NCBI GenBank assembly: GCA_963727505.1
Contig: CAVSGP010000004.1
Coordinates: forward strand, 448,001 to 512,000
DNA length: 64,000 bases
Origin: an uncultured Trueperaceae bacterium
GTDB taxonomy: Bacteria; Deinococcota; Deinococci; Deinococcales; Trueperaceae
Direction of reading: 5' to 3'
Shown: positions 9,471 to 19,143 of the stretch, in pieces
How the letters are laid out: every line of letters begins with the position of its first letter
Numbering within the stretch: position 1 is the stretch's first letter
Program-made: the position numbers and the translations under genes
Notes under the pieces: model-generated
The model's input: only the letters and a program-made list of their open reading frames with translations
Database searches by the model: none
Told to the model about the DNA's origin: nothing

Positions 9471-10234
9471 CGGGGCCCCGCGTTGCGGGCGCCCCGGAGG
9501 CCCCTCCACCCGCGTCCAGCCGACCGCGTGCCGGCGACCGTGCCGCAGCGGACTTCCCCGCGACGAGCGCCGCCGGCACGGCCGGCGCAACGGGAGCCGC
9601 GGCGGCACGGGACGACGCGGCGGACGACGCGGCGAAGGACGACGGGCCGGCACGGGACGCGGCGCCGGAGGCCGCCGCCGCGAAGGACGACGGGGCGAAG
9701 ACCGGGGCGGCGGACGCATACGCATCGGCGACCGAGGCATCGGATGCACAGGCGCACGAACCCGCCGTCCCCGATGACGTCGCCACCGGCTTGGAGGAGC
9801 TCCCGCCCGGCTTCTGGGACGAGCCCCCGGCCGCGGCCCCCGCGCGGGTGAACCGCACGCGCCCGGACCAGGAGCCCCGGAGCGCGCCGACGGCGTCGGC
9901 CGGGCCCGAGCCTGGCGCGACCCGCGAGACGGCGCGGGACGGTGGATCCGGCTCGAGGGAACGTGGCGCGGCGCCGCACGGCGACCTGGAGCGCGCCCTT
10001 CTCGGCGGCGAGACCACCGCCGACGAGCTCCCCGAAGCCCTGCGTGACACCGTCGACGCGCTCCGGGAGCTCTTCCCCGGCGAGCTCCTGGCGGTCACGC
10101 CGCGCGCGGACGAGGACGAAGGCGCGATGGAGGCCGCCGAGGACGACGCCGGCAGGCGCGACGACGGGGACGGCGAGGACGGCGACGTACACGGCGCCGG
10201 AGACCCGACGCACGAACGCACCGACGCGGGCTAG
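9467..10234 (+). CDS. Probable C-terminal extension of DnaX tau in the -1 frame (low-complexity linker plus short folded domain)
   Basis: Lies between dnaX and ybaB; in frame with dnaX after one extra A at the A8 run 9455-9462; ends LRDTVDALRELFPGELLAV plus acidic tail. Confidence 0.6.
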   Translation: MTGPRVAGAPEAPPPASSRPRAGDRAAADFPATSAAGTAGATGAAAARDDAADDAAKDDGPARDAAPEAAAAKDDGAKTGAADAYASATEASDAQAHEPAVPDDVATGLEELPPGFWDEPPAAAPARVNRTRPDQEPRSAPTASAGPEPGATRETARDGGSGSRERGAAPHGDLERALLGGETTADELPEALRDTVDALRELFPGELLAVTPRADEDEGAMEAAEDDAGRRDDGDGEDGDVHGAGDPTHERTDAG

Positions 10235-10252
10235 ACTGCCCTGGGAGAACGC

Positions 10253-10573
10253 ATGAACATCCAGAAATTGATGAAGGAAGCCCAACGCGCGCAGAAACAG
10301 ATGGCCGAGGCTCAGGAGCGGCTCGCCGGCATGGCCGTCGAGGGCAGCGCCGGCGGCGGCATGGTCCGGGCCAGCGCCAACGGCGACGGCACCGTCACGC
10401 GCGTGCACATCGACCCCAAGGCCGTCGACCCCGACGACGTGGAGATGCTCGAGGACCTCGTCACCGCCGCCATCAACGACGCCCAGCGCAAGGTCAAGGA
10501 GCTCCAGGAACAGGAGCTCGGCGGTGCCATGGGCGGCCTCTCGGGCCTCGGCGGCATGGGAGGCATGTTCTGA
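10253..10573 (+). CDS. ybaB: YbaB/EbfC nucleoid-associated protein
   Basis: MNIQKLMKEAQRAQ, GSAGGGMV, IDP..VDPDDVEMLEDLVTAAINDA; dnaX-ybaB-recR synteny. Confidence 0.95.
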   Translation: MNIQKLMKEAQRAQKQMAEAQERLAGMAVEGSAGGGMVRASANGDGTVTRVHIDPKAVDPDDVEMLEDLVTAAINDAQRKVKELQEQELGGAMGGLSGLGGMGGMF

Positions 10574-10583
10574 TCGCCCGACC

Positions 10584-11186
10584 ATGAGGTACCCGAACGC
10601 GCTGGTCGCCCTCATCCGGGAGCTCGGCCGCCTGCCGGGCATCGGCCCCAAGAGCGCCCAACGCCTGGCCTTCTACCTCTTCAATCAACCCGAGGAGGAC
10701 GTGCGCCGCCTGTCCGACGCCATCCGAGACGCCAAGGCGTCGCTGGACCGGTGTCCCGTGTGCTTCAACGTCATGACCAAGGGGGAGCCGTCGTGCGCCG
10801 TGTGCTCCGACCCGCAGCGCGAGCGCTCGGTCGTGTGCGTGGTGGAGCAGCCTGCGGACGTACTGGCCATCGAGCGCAGCGGAGAGTATCAGGGGCTCTA
10901 TCACGTGCTTCATGGCGCGCTGAGCCCGATGAACGGCATCGGACCGGACCAGCTCACCATCCATGCGTTGATGGGACGGTCCGACACCTCCGAGATCCAG
11001 GAGGTGATCCTCGCGACCTCGACGACGGTCGAGGGCGAGGCCACCGCCATGTACCTGGCGCGCCAGCTCGGAGAGCGCGGCGTGTCGATCTCACGCATCG
11101 CCTACGGCCTCCCCATGGGAGGCGACCTCGAGTACGCCGACGAGGTGACCCTGGGGCGGGCCATCAGTCATCGCCGACCGCTCTGA
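10584..11186 (+). CDS. recR: Recombination mediator RecR
   Basis: LPGIGPKSAQRLAF, C4 zinc finger, YHVLHGALSPMNGIGP, VEGEATAMY, GGDLEYADEVTL. Confidence 0.97.
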   Translation: MRYPNALVALIRELGRLPGIGPKSAQRLAFYLFNQPEEDVRRLSDAIRDAKASLDRCPVCFNVMTKGEPSCAVCSDPQRERSVVCVVEQPADVLAIERSGEYQGLYHVLHGALSPMNGIGPDQLTIHALMGRSDTSEIQEVILATSTTVEGEATAMYLARQLGERGVSISRIAYGLPMGGDLEYADEVTLGRAISHRRPL

Positions 11187-11269
11187 GCGGGCCCCGGCGA
11201 CCGCCTCGAGCACGTATCGCACGGCGGCAGCGCGCTCGGCCTGCGTTCCTCCTGGTGCCCAGGTCACGA

Positions 11270-11297
11270 TTGACAGCCGGGGGACGGTCCGTATAAT
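11270..11297 (+). promoter_or_regulatory. Consensus sigma70-type promoter of topA
   Basis: TTGACA (11270-11275), 16-bp spacer, TATAAT (11292-11297), 27 nt before the TTG start. Confidence 0.85.
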
Positions 11298-11324
11298 GGC
11301 GGCGCATTTGAAGGTGGAACCCCA

Positions 11325-14270
11325 TTGACTGCTGAGAAACCGACCAAACGCCTCGTCATCGTGGAATCGCCCACCAAGGCCCGGACCATCCGGCGCTTCC
11401 TTCCGCCGGAGTACCAGGTCGAGGCGTCGATGGGCCACGTCCGTGACCTCCCGGCGTCTGCCGCGGAGATCCCCAAGGAGCTCAAGGGGCAGACCTGGGC
11501 GCGCCTCGGCGTCGACGTCGACGAAGGCTTCAAACCGCTGTACGTGGTGTCGGCCCGCAAGAAGAGCGTGGTCAGCAACCTGCGCTCGGCCTTGAAGCAG
11601 GCCGACGAGCTCTATATCGCGACCGACGAGGATCGCGAAGGGGAATCGATCGGCTGGCACCTCGTGGAAGTGCTGCGCCCGGACGTGCCGGTGAAGCGGA
11701 TGGTGTTCCACGAGATCACGGAGGATGCCATCCGTGGCGCGCTCGACGCCACCCGCGACATCGACGTGCATCTCGTCGACGCGCAGGAGACGCGCCGCGT
11801 GCTCGACCGGCTGGTCGGCTACACCATCAGTCCCCTGCTGTGGAAGAAGATCGCCCCGCGGCTCTCGGCGGGGCGGGTACAGAGCGTGGCGGTCCGGTTG
11901 CTGGTGCTGCGCGAGAAGGAGCGGATGCGCTTCGTTCCCGCCGGCTACTGGGACCTTCAGGCACAGCTGAGCAAGGGTTCGAGTTCGTTCGGGGCGGTGC
12001 TGACGCATCTGGACGGCGTGCGCCTGGTCGGCGGCCGCGACTTCGACGCCGAGACCGGTCGCCTCAAGGAGGGTCTGGAGGCCGGCCGCGATGTCCTGCT
12101 GCTCGACGAGAAGCGCGCACGCGACCTGGCCGAGGCCGCGCGAAGCGCCGCCTGGCGTGTCACCTCGGTCGAGGAGCGCAACGCCACCCGGTCCCCATCA
12201 GCACCGTTCACCACCTCGACGTTGCAGCAGGAGGCGAGCCGCAAGCTCGGCCTCGCCGCCAAGGACACCATGCGCATCGCCCAGGAGCTATACGAGAACG
12301 GCTACATCACGTACATGCGTACCGACTCCACCAACCTGTCGCAAGAGGCCATCGACGGCAGTCGCGAGGCCATAGGGCAGCGCTACGGCAGCGACTACCT
12401 GAGCCCGCAGCCGCGGCAGTTCAAGGGGACGGCGCGCAACGCCCAGGAGGCGCACGAGGCCATCCGCCCGGCGGGCCGCGCCATGCTGACCGCGGACGAG
12501 AACGGCCTCAAGGGTGTGCAAGCGGCGCTGTACGAGCTGGTGTGGAAGCGCACGGTGGCGACCCAGATGGCGGACGCACGACTGAAGTTCGTCACGGCTC
12601 GCATCACCGCCGACACGACCCGGGGCGAGGGTACGTTCCGGGCGAGCGGGCGCACCATCCTCTTCCCCGGCTTCTTCCGCGCCTACGTCGAAGGTTCGGA
12701 CGACCCCGAGGCCGCGCTGGACGACCGTGAGCAACCGCTTCCCATGCTCGCACAGGGCGACGCGCTCGCGGCGGGCGAGGTCTCGGCCGAAGGACATGAG
12801 ACGAAGCCGCCCGCCCGCTATACCGAGGCGTCGCTCGTCAAGCTCCTGGAGGGCGAAGGCATCGGACGTCCCAGCACCTACGCCAGCATCATCGACACCA
12901 TCATGCGGCGTGGCTACGCTCGCAAGAACGGCTCCCAGCTGGTGCCGACGTTCATGGCCTTCGCCACCAACAACCTGCTCGAACTGCAATTCTCGCAGCT
13001 CGTCGACACGGAGTTCACGGCCAACATGGAGTCCGCGCTCGACGACATCGCAACGGGCGCGCTGGCGTCGAAACCCTACCTGCGCGACTTCTTCCTCGGC
13101 GAGGAAGGGATCGACGCGCGCGTCAGCGAGGGGCTCGAGGGGATCGATGCACGCGAGATCTCGACCATCCACTCCGGGCGTTGGGACCCGTACGTGGTGC
13201 GTGTCGGGCGCTACGGGCCCTACGTCGAAGGGCCGGTCGAGGGCGGCGAGCTGAAGACCGCCTCGCTTCCCGACGACCTGGCGCCCGGTGACGTCACCGG
13301 CGAGATGCTCGAGCACTACCTGGTCGAAGGCAACAAGGGGGACGTCGTCGTCGGAGAGGAGCCCGAGACCGGCCTGCCGATGCTGCTCAAGCGCGGTCCC
13401 TTCGGCCCTTACCTCCAGCTCGGCGAAGTCCCGGCCGACGCCAAGTCGGGATCCAAGAAGGGCGAGAAGAAGCAGAAGCCCAAGCGCGTCTCGCTTCCGC
13501 CCGGCGTCTCACCGCACGACGTGAATGCCGATCTCGCCGGGCGGCTGCTGGCCCTGCCCGCGCCCATCGGCGAACATCCGGAGTCGGGCAAGCCGGTCGA
13601 CCTCGGTGTGGGGCGCTTCGGGCCGTACGTGCGCCACCAGGGCATCTACGCCTCGGTCCCCAAGGACACCTTCGTGCTCGACGTCACGCTCGAGCAGGCG
13701 CTGGAGCTGCTGCAGAAGAAGGCCTCGCGCAACAAGCCGCTCCGCGTGCTGGGCGAGCATCCCGAGGCCGGCACGGCCGTCGAGGTGCGCGATGGACGCT
13801 ACGGGCCCTACGTCAAGAGTGGCAAGCTGAACGCTTCTCTCCCCAACGACGTCTCCCCCGATGACGTCACCCTGGAGCAGGCGGTCGAGCTGCTGGCGGC
13901 GCGCGCGGCCAAGACGGGCAAGAGCGTCAAGGGTGGCAAGGTTGCCGGCAAGGGCAAGGCCGTTGCGAAGGGCAAGAGCAAGGGCACCGCCAAGAGCAAG
14001 AAGAAGGCGTCGAGCGCCAAGCCGAAGCGCCCCAAAGCGGGCAAGGCCGACCTCGCGCCCTTCCTGGGCGAGCTCGACCCGCAGGTGGCCGAGGTGGTGG
14101 CGAGGGTCGAGGGTATGAACGGTCACGAAGCGCAGCCGCCCGAGGAGGTCTCGAAGGCCTTGCGCGTCAGCCAGGACGAGGTCGCGCGCCTGCACAAGCG
14201 CGGCATGTTCAAGCTGCGCATGGCCTTCGGGAAGAGCCGCAACCAGGAGCGCCAGGCCGAGGCGGTCTGA
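11325..14270 (+). CDS. topA: DNA topoisomerase I with C-terminal repeats, Lys-rich tail and a sigma-region-4-like terminal domain
   Basis: [55 protein letters not shown], four GRYGPY-type repeats; TTG start. Confidence 0.97.
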   Translation: MTAEKPTKRLVIVESPTKARTIRRFLPPEYQVEASMGHVRDLPASAAEIPKELKGQTWARLGVDVDEGFKPLYVVSARKKSVVSNLRSALKQADELYIATDEDREGESIGWHLVEVLRPDVPVKRMVFHEITEDAIRGALDATRDIDVHLVDAQETRRVLDRLVGYTISPLLWKKIAPRLSAGRVQSVAVRLLVLREKERMRFVPAGYWDLQAQLSKGSSSFGAVLTHLDGVRLVGGRDFDAETGRLKEGLEAGRDVLLLDEKRARDLAEAARSAAWRVTSVEERNATRSPSAPFTTSTLQQEASRKLGLAAKDTMRIAQELYENGYITYMRTDSTNLSQEAIDGSREAIGQRYGSDYLSPQPRQFKGTARNAQEAHEAIRPAGRAMLTADENGLKGVQAALYELVWKRTVATQMADARLKFVTARITADTTRGEGTFRASGRTILFPGFFRAYVEGSDDPEAALDDREQPLPMLAQGDALAAGEVSAEGHETKPPARYTEASLVKLLEGEGIGRPSTYASIIDTIMRRGYARKNGSQLVPTFMAFATNNLLELQFSQLVDTEFTANMESALDDIATGALASKPYLRDFFLGEEGIDARVSEGLEGIDAREISTIHSGRWDPYVVRVGRYGPYVEGPVEGGELKTASLPDDLAPGDVTGEMLEHYLVEGNKGDVVVGEEPETGLPMLLKRGPFGPYLQLGEVPADAKSGSKKGEKKQKPKRVSLPPGVSPHDVNADLAGRLLALPAPIGEHPESGKPVDLGVGRFGPYVRHQGIYASVPKDTFVLDVTLEQALELLQKKASRNKPLRVLGEHPEAGTAVEVRDGRYGPYVKSGKLNASLPNDVSPDDVTLEQAVELLAARAAKTGKSVKGGKVAGKGKAVAKGKSKGTAKSKKKASSAKPKRPKAGKADLAPFLGELDPQVAEVVARVEGMNGHEAQPPEEVSKALRVSQDEVARLHKRGMFKLRMAFGKSRNQERQAEAV

Positions 14271-14284
14271 GCGAAACGGATCGC

Positions 14285-14584
14285 GTGAGCGTCGGCGAGC
14301 CCCTCAACCTGCTGGGGCTGGCGCGCGCCGCGGGGGAGCGTGCCGCGCTGGTGCCGGGCACCGACCTGAGCGTTCGCCGGCTGGCCGAGCGCCGGTGGGA
14401 GACCACGACGGCGCCGAGCTGGCTGCTGGTGCTGGAGGGGCGCCTGATCGTCGACCTCCCCCACGGCGACTTCCGGATCCTGGAGCGCGGCGACGCGCTG
14501 CACCTGCCGGCCGGGCTCGAGCTGGCGTTGCAGGCGGTCGAGGGCGAAGCCCTGCTGGTCTGGAGATCCGCCGCTGACACCTGA
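14285..14584 (+). CDS. Small cupin-like protein
   Basis: WLLVLEGRLIVDLPHGDFRILERGDALHLPAG cupin-like pattern. Confidence 0.6.
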   Translation: MSVGEPLNLLGLARAAGERAALVPGTDLSVRRLAERRWETTTAPSWLLVLEGRLIVDLPHGDFRILERGDALHLPAGLELALQAVEGEALLVWRSAADT

Positions 14585-14613
14585 TCCGCGGCCGCGCCCC
14601 GTAGACTGGAGCC

Positions 14614-15348
14614 GTGCAGCGCACATCCGTGACCGAGGGCATCGTCATCCGGCGCAAGGTCCTGCCGAGCGGCGACGTGGTCATCACCCTGATGAGCGAG
14701 CACGGCAAGTGGCGGGCCGTCGCGCGCAAGGGCCGCCTGCCGGGCGGCAATCTGGGCCGCCTCAGCCTGTTCCACGACGTCACCGTGCAGTACTACCGCA
14801 AGCACGAGGACGACCTGGCGCTTCTCACCCAGGTACGGCTGAACGGGGCCCTGCCCAACCTGAGCCGCCCCGAAATCTACCCCTACGCACACGTGCTGGC
14901 CGAGTTGACCGACGCCCTGACGGTCGACGTGCACCTCGGCGAGCAGGTCTACACCTACCTCGCTAGCGGCCTGCGCGGGCTCAACCGCCACCCGGACCCG
15001 AACCTGGTGGCGCTGGCATACGCCTGGAAGCTCCTGGGGCTGGCCGGCCTGGCACCCTCCACGGACGCCTGCCTGCACTGCCGCACCGAGGCGCCGCTGG
15101 TTGCGCTCGACGTCGCCGGTGGCGGCCTGACCTGCGGTTCGTGCGCCCGAGGTATACGCCTGGGCGCCGACGGGGCGGCCGAGCTACACCGCCTCGTCGC
15201 CGGCAGCCTGCACACCCTGCTGCGCGCTCCTCCCGTCGACCGCGAGCTGCACTGGCGTGTGCTCGAACGCTACGTCGCCTACCACGTGCGGGAGCTGCAA
15301 GCGCTCGCCACGCCGCCGCACGCCGCAGCCGGGGCCGCCGGTGCTTGA
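14614..15348 (+). CDS. recO: DNA repair protein RecO
   Basis: EGIVIRR..PSGDVVITL..GKWRAVARKG OB fold; CxxC...CxxC zinc motif. Confidence 0.88.
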   Translation: MQRTSVTEGIVIRRKVLPSGDVVITLMSEHGKWRAVARKGRLPGGNLGRLSLFHDVTVQYYRKHEDDLALLTQVRLNGALPNLSRPEIYPYAHVLAELTDALTVDVHLGEQVYTYLASGLRGLNRHPDPNLVALAYAWKLLGLAGLAPSTDACLHCRTEAPLVALDVAGGGLTCGSCARGIRLGADGAAELHRLVAGSLHTLLRAPPVDRELHWRVLERYVAYHVRELQALATPPHAAAGAAGA

Positions 15349-15967
15349 GGTCTTCGCGGCACTGCTGGCCGGCTACCTGCTGGGGTCGCTCCCCTTCGCC
15401 GCCTGGGCCGCCCGCCTTCGCGGGGCCACCATCTTCGAGGTGGGGTCGGGGAACATGGGCGCCATGAACACTGCGCGCAACGTCGGCTTCGGGCTGGGGG
15501 CACTGGTTCTCCTGCTCGACGCCGCGAAGGGCGCTGCGGCCACCGGTATCGGCCTGGCCCTCGGGCGTCTGCCCGGAGCGCCGACCGGACCCGTGATGTC
15601 GTTGCTGCCGCCGCTCGCCGCCGGGCTGGGCGCCATCCTCGGTCACGCCTTCTCGCTCTATATCGGCTTCCGCGGCGGCAAGGGGCTCGCCGCTGCCCTC
15701 GGGGTCGCGCTGCCGTTCTACCCGCTGGCCGCGCTGGCCACCGTCGCGCTGTTGTTCGTGCTCACGCTGGCGTTGCGGCGCCGCTCCGGGTTGGCCGCCG
15801 TACTCACGGTCGCGGTGTACCCGGCGCTGGTGCTCAGCGCGCAGATCCTCGCCGGTCGCAGCACCAACGCCGCGCTGGCCATCGCCGCAGGCGTCGCGTC
15901 GATGGCGCTGGTGGTGCTCTACCGCCACTACCTGGCGTTCCGCCGTGAACGCGCGCGGCGGCGCTGA
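15341..15967 (+). CDS. plsY: Glycerol-3-phosphate acyltransferase PlsY
   Basis: GYLLGSLPF, GSGNMGAMN..R, DAAKG, GHAFS...FRGGKGLA. Confidence 0.92.
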   Translation: MLEVFAALLAGYLLGSLPFAAWAARLRGATIFEVGSGNMGAMNTARNVGFGLGALVLLLDAAKGAAATGIGLALGRLPGAPTGPVMSLLPPLAAGLGAILGHAFSLYIGFRGGKGLAAALGVALPFYPLAALATVALLFVLTLALRRRSGLAAVLTVAVYPALVLSAQILAGRSTNAALAIAAGVASMALVVLYRHYLAFRRERARRR

Positions 15968-16011
15968 GCGTACCGGCCCGGCCCAGTGCGGCGCGCGACG
16001 CACACGCGAGC

Positions 16012-17292
16012 TCACTGCCAGCGCTCACCACCGTCGGGCCGCTCGCGACGCGCCAGGGCGCGCACCTCGCCCACCAGGAAGAGGCTGCCTGCGACCACCA
16101 CGGTGCCGTCCACCCCCGCCCAGCGCGCCGCGAGCCGGAGCGCCGCCGGCGGGTCGGCGGCCACGGCATCGGCCCCCACGACGCGGCCCAGCGCCGCCGG
16201 CTCCATGGCTCGCGGGCTCGACGTCGCTCTGGTGGCGACGATCCTGTCGGCCACGCCGGCCAGCGCCGACGCCACGCCCGCGACATCCTTGCCTGCCGAC
16301 ACACCCAGGACGAGCACCGGTACCCGGCCCTCCAGCGACGCCAGGGCGCGGGCCAGGGCGGCCGCCGCTTCGGGGTTGTGGGCCCCGTCGAGGACGAGCC
16401 ACCGCCCGCGGAAGCGCAGCCGTTCCAGCCTCCCCGGCCAGTGCGTCTCCGCCGCGCCGCGCGCGGCCACCTCGAGCGGCACGCCGAGCTCGGACGCGCC
16501 CACGAGCGCCAACGCCACGTTGCGTGCCTGGTGGCGCCCGACCAGCGGCGTGGTCGCCTCGACCGCGCCGACGGGCGTGCGTAGCTCGAGCTCCAGGCCC
16601 TGCCATCCTCGATCGAGCACCTGCAGCTCGACCTCCTGCTCCAACGTGCGCAGCCGCACCCCCCGCACCTTGGCCTCGGCCCGCAAGGCTGCCAGCGCCT
16701 CGCCGGACGCACCGGTCCAGGCCGGCACGCCCGCGCGCAGGATGCCCGCCTTCTCGCGGGCGATCCGCTCCAGCGTGTCCCCCAGAACGCCGACGTGGTC
16801 GAGCGCCACCCCCGTGACCAGCGAGAGCACCGGCTCGACGACGTTGGTGGCGTCGAAGCGTCCACCCAGACCGACCTCCAACACGGCGGTGTCGACCTCG
16901 GCGTCGGCGAACAGCAGCAGGGCAACGGCGGTGACGATCTCGAAGAAGGTGGCGCCGAGACGCTCCGCCGGGGGCCGCACCCGCGCCAGGGCCTCCAGCA
17001 CGATGTCGTCGGGAAGGGGTGCACCGTCGACCACGAAGCGCTCCGCGAAGCGCACCAGATGGGGGCTGGTGGTGAGCCCCACGCGTTCGCCCGCGGCGCG
17101 AAGGGTCGCCGCCAGCACCGCCGCCGTGCTCCCCTTGCCGTTGGTCCCGCCCACCAGCACCGACCGGAACGCCCTGTCGGGCCGCCCGAGCTCGTCGAGC
17201 AGCCGCCGCATCCGATCCAGCCCCAGGTGGACGCCGAAGCGCTGGCGCTCGAACACCCATCGGAGGAGGTCGTCGGGCTCAGGTCTCGTCAT
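16012..17292 (-). CDS. folC: Folylpolyglutamate/dihydrofolate synthase
   Basis: VGGTNGKGST, TSPHLVRFAER, TFFE, EVGLGGRFDATN, WPGRLE, LDGAHNP, GSLFLVGE. Confidence 0.95.
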   Translation of the reverse strand: MTRPEPDDLLRWVFERQRFGVHLGLDRMRRLLDELGRPDRAFRSVLVGGTNGKGSTAAVLAATLRAAGERVGLTTSPHLVRFAERFVVDGAPLPDDIVLEALARVRPPAERLGATFFEIVTAVALLLFADAEVDTAVLEVGLGGRFDATNVVEPVLSLVTGVALDHVGVLGDTLERIAREKAGILRAGVPAWTGASGEALAALRAEAKVRGVRLRTLEQEVELQVLDRGWQGLELELRTPVGAVEATTPLVGRHQARNVALALVGASELGVPLEVAARGAAETHWPGRLERLRFRGRWLVLDGAHNPEAAAALARALASLEGRVPVLVLGVSAGKDVAGVASALAGVADRIVATRATSSPRAMEPAALGRVVGADAVAADPPAALRLAARWAGVDGTVVVAGSLFLVGEVRALARRERPDGGERWQ

Positions 17293-17773
17293 CGATCCGT
17301 CGCAGGAGCTCCGCATCCCCACCGATCACGTGGTGGTCCGCCACCAGCCGGGCTACGGTCTCGCTCCCGCCCGCGGAGCGGATCATCTCGGCGCCGTAGG
17401 CGTGGTGGTGACGCTTGACCTGCAAGGCACCCGCCAGGCCCCGTCGCCGCGGTTCGGCGGGTACCGGCCGCTCCGGCAGAAGGTGCACCAGGACGCGCTC
17501 CAGCACGCGGTAGCGCCGACCGGACTTGCCGACGTCATGGAGCAGCGCGGCCCGCACGAGCTCGTCCGGCGCGTCGGGGTGGCGCGCCAGCAGCGCCTTC
17601 GCAACCTCGCAGGCGTGGTGCCGGTCGCGCACATCCATCCTCTGGTAGACGCCGTACTCGGCGACCGGCAGGCGCCGACGCGCGAAGGCGTCGTCGGGCG
17701 GCGCCAGCGAGGGCAGCACCGCGCGCAGCGTGCGCCGCGCGGCGTTGAGGTACCAGACGGGCGGCCGAGCCAT
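17279..17773 (-). CDS. HD-domain protein
   Basis: DRHH, AALLHDVGK, HHHAYGAEM. Confidence 0.8.
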   Translation of the reverse strand: MARPPVWYLNAARRTLRAVLPSLAPPDDAFARRRLPVAEYGVYQRMDVRDRHHACEVAKALLARHPDAPDELVRAALLHDVGKSGRRYRVLERVLVHLLPERPVPAEPRRRGLAGALQVKRHHHAYGAEMIRSAGGSETVARLVADHHVIGGDAELLRRIDDET

Positions 17774-17911
17774 CGCGGATCGAGTCTACCGCTTCCCCGT
17801 CCCGCCTCGAGGCGCGCACCTTGCCGCCGCGGTCAGGCCCGCCGCCCCTTCTGGGGTATGCTGGCTGGCGCGATCCGGGGGCGTCCGCCACGCCCCGGAT
17901 GGAGTTCTCCG

Positions 17912-19135
17912 ATGCACCAGCCCCGTTCTGCCACCGCCCTCCTCGTCCTCATCCTCGTTGCCACGCTGCTCGCAGGTGCGGCCGCTGCCCAGGGCACACC
18001 CACGAGTCCCAACGGATCCAACGGTGCTTCCACGGCTGCGCCCGCCCCCGGCACCGTCGCCGCACCCGCGTCCGGCAACGGAGCCTCGTCGGAAACGGCG
18101 TCCGCCATCGGCATGACGGGAAGCGCTCCGGCCGCCCTCGCCGACCAGGCCGTGAGCACCTGGCTCAAGCGCAGTCCTGTCACGCTGGAGCGACTCTCCG
18201 CGCTGGACACCAAGCAGCTCTGCCAGGCCCTGCCCGGGATGATCACCCACCCCGCCCCGCAGGCGGGCACACAGGTGCACCTGAACGACCGCCAGGAGCA
18301 ACCGACCCAGGACCCGAACCGGAAGCGCTTCACCTACAGCGCGGTGCGACCCGGCAACCAGCTCGACGTGGTGGAGGTCGATCTCAGCCGCAAGGGCAAG
18401 GTCTGGACGGTCGACGACGTCGGCTACCGCACCACGGTGGAGCCCAGCGGCGTACGCGCCTGGCTGCAGGGGAGCACGGCGTCGTGGCTGTTCATCGCCT
18501 TCAGCCTCCTGATCCTGTTCGGGCTCGTGCGGCCCAGCCCGCTACGGCGTTGGCTGCACGAGGGCTGGAGCTACATCCGCGAGCACCGACGGCTGGTCAT
18601 CGGTACCTTCGTGTTCCTCTACGCCATGTTCGCGCTCGGCGCGCTGGTAGGCTCGGGCCTACCCAAGGAGTGCGAGACGGCCATCGTCACGGTCGTCAAG
18701 ACCGCGGTGACCAGCGTCGGCGCCACCCAGGCCTACGGCAGCGGCGACATCGTGCGCGCGGCGGTCACCACCTATTACCAGAACTTCGTGGTGGTCACGC
18801 TTTCGGTGACCTTCACGCTGGCGCTGCTGTTCGGCGTGCCGGCCTACTTGCTGAGCGCGGCCTCGTACTTCGTGCAGGGGATCCCGTTCGGCCTGATCGG
18901 CACCGCTTCGGCGGGTCAGTTGGTACTGGTGCTGATCCTGCTGCTGATCGAGCTCAGCTCGTACTTCATCGTGGTCGCCGGCGGCGGCATGTTCCTGGCC
19001 ACTCTGGTGCGGCGGGGCCTCGGATCGCTGCCTCAGGCGTTCCGAAAGCTCGCGGCGATGCTGCCCTTCGCCATGGTGATGCTGCTGCTCGGCGCCTGGT
19101 ACGAGGCCTTCATCGTCCTCCGTCTGGGCGGCTGA
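17912..19135 (+). CDS. Membrane protein with C-terminal SpoIIM-like domain
   Basis: Signal peptide, soluble domain, then multiple TM helices with LIELSSYFIVVAGG and LLGAWYEA. Confidence 0.65.
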   Translation: MHQPRSATALLVLILVATLLAGAAAAQGTPTSPNGSNGASTAAPAPGTVAAPASGNGASSETASAIGMTGSAPAALADQAVSTWLKRSPVTLERLSALDTKQLCQALPGMITHPAPQAGTQVHLNDRQEQPTQDPNRKRFTYSAVRPGNQLDVVEVDLSRKGKVWTVDDVGYRTTVEPSGVRAWLQGSTASWLFIAFSLLILFGLVRPSPLRRWLHEGWSYIREHRRLVIGTFVFLYAMFALGALVGSGLPKECETAIVTVVKTAVTSVGATQAYGSGDIVRAAVTTYYQNFVVVTLSVTFTLALLFGVPAYLLSAASYFVQGIPFGLIGTASAGQLVLVLILLLIELSSYFIVVAGGGMFLATLVRRGLGSLPQAFRKLAAMLPFAMVMLLLGAWYEAFIVLRLGG

Positions 19136-19143
19136 GTCCCCCG

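Noticed and set aside
15986..17911. N-terminal part of the 1049-aa ORF as a giant fusion protein
   Set aside because: Overlaps folC and the HD gene on the opposite strand; the real gene most likely starts at ATG 17912 with a signal peptide.
17912..19135. Sporulation function from the SpoIIM-like domain
   Set aside because: The family is widespread in non-sporulating bacteria and there is no sporulation context here.
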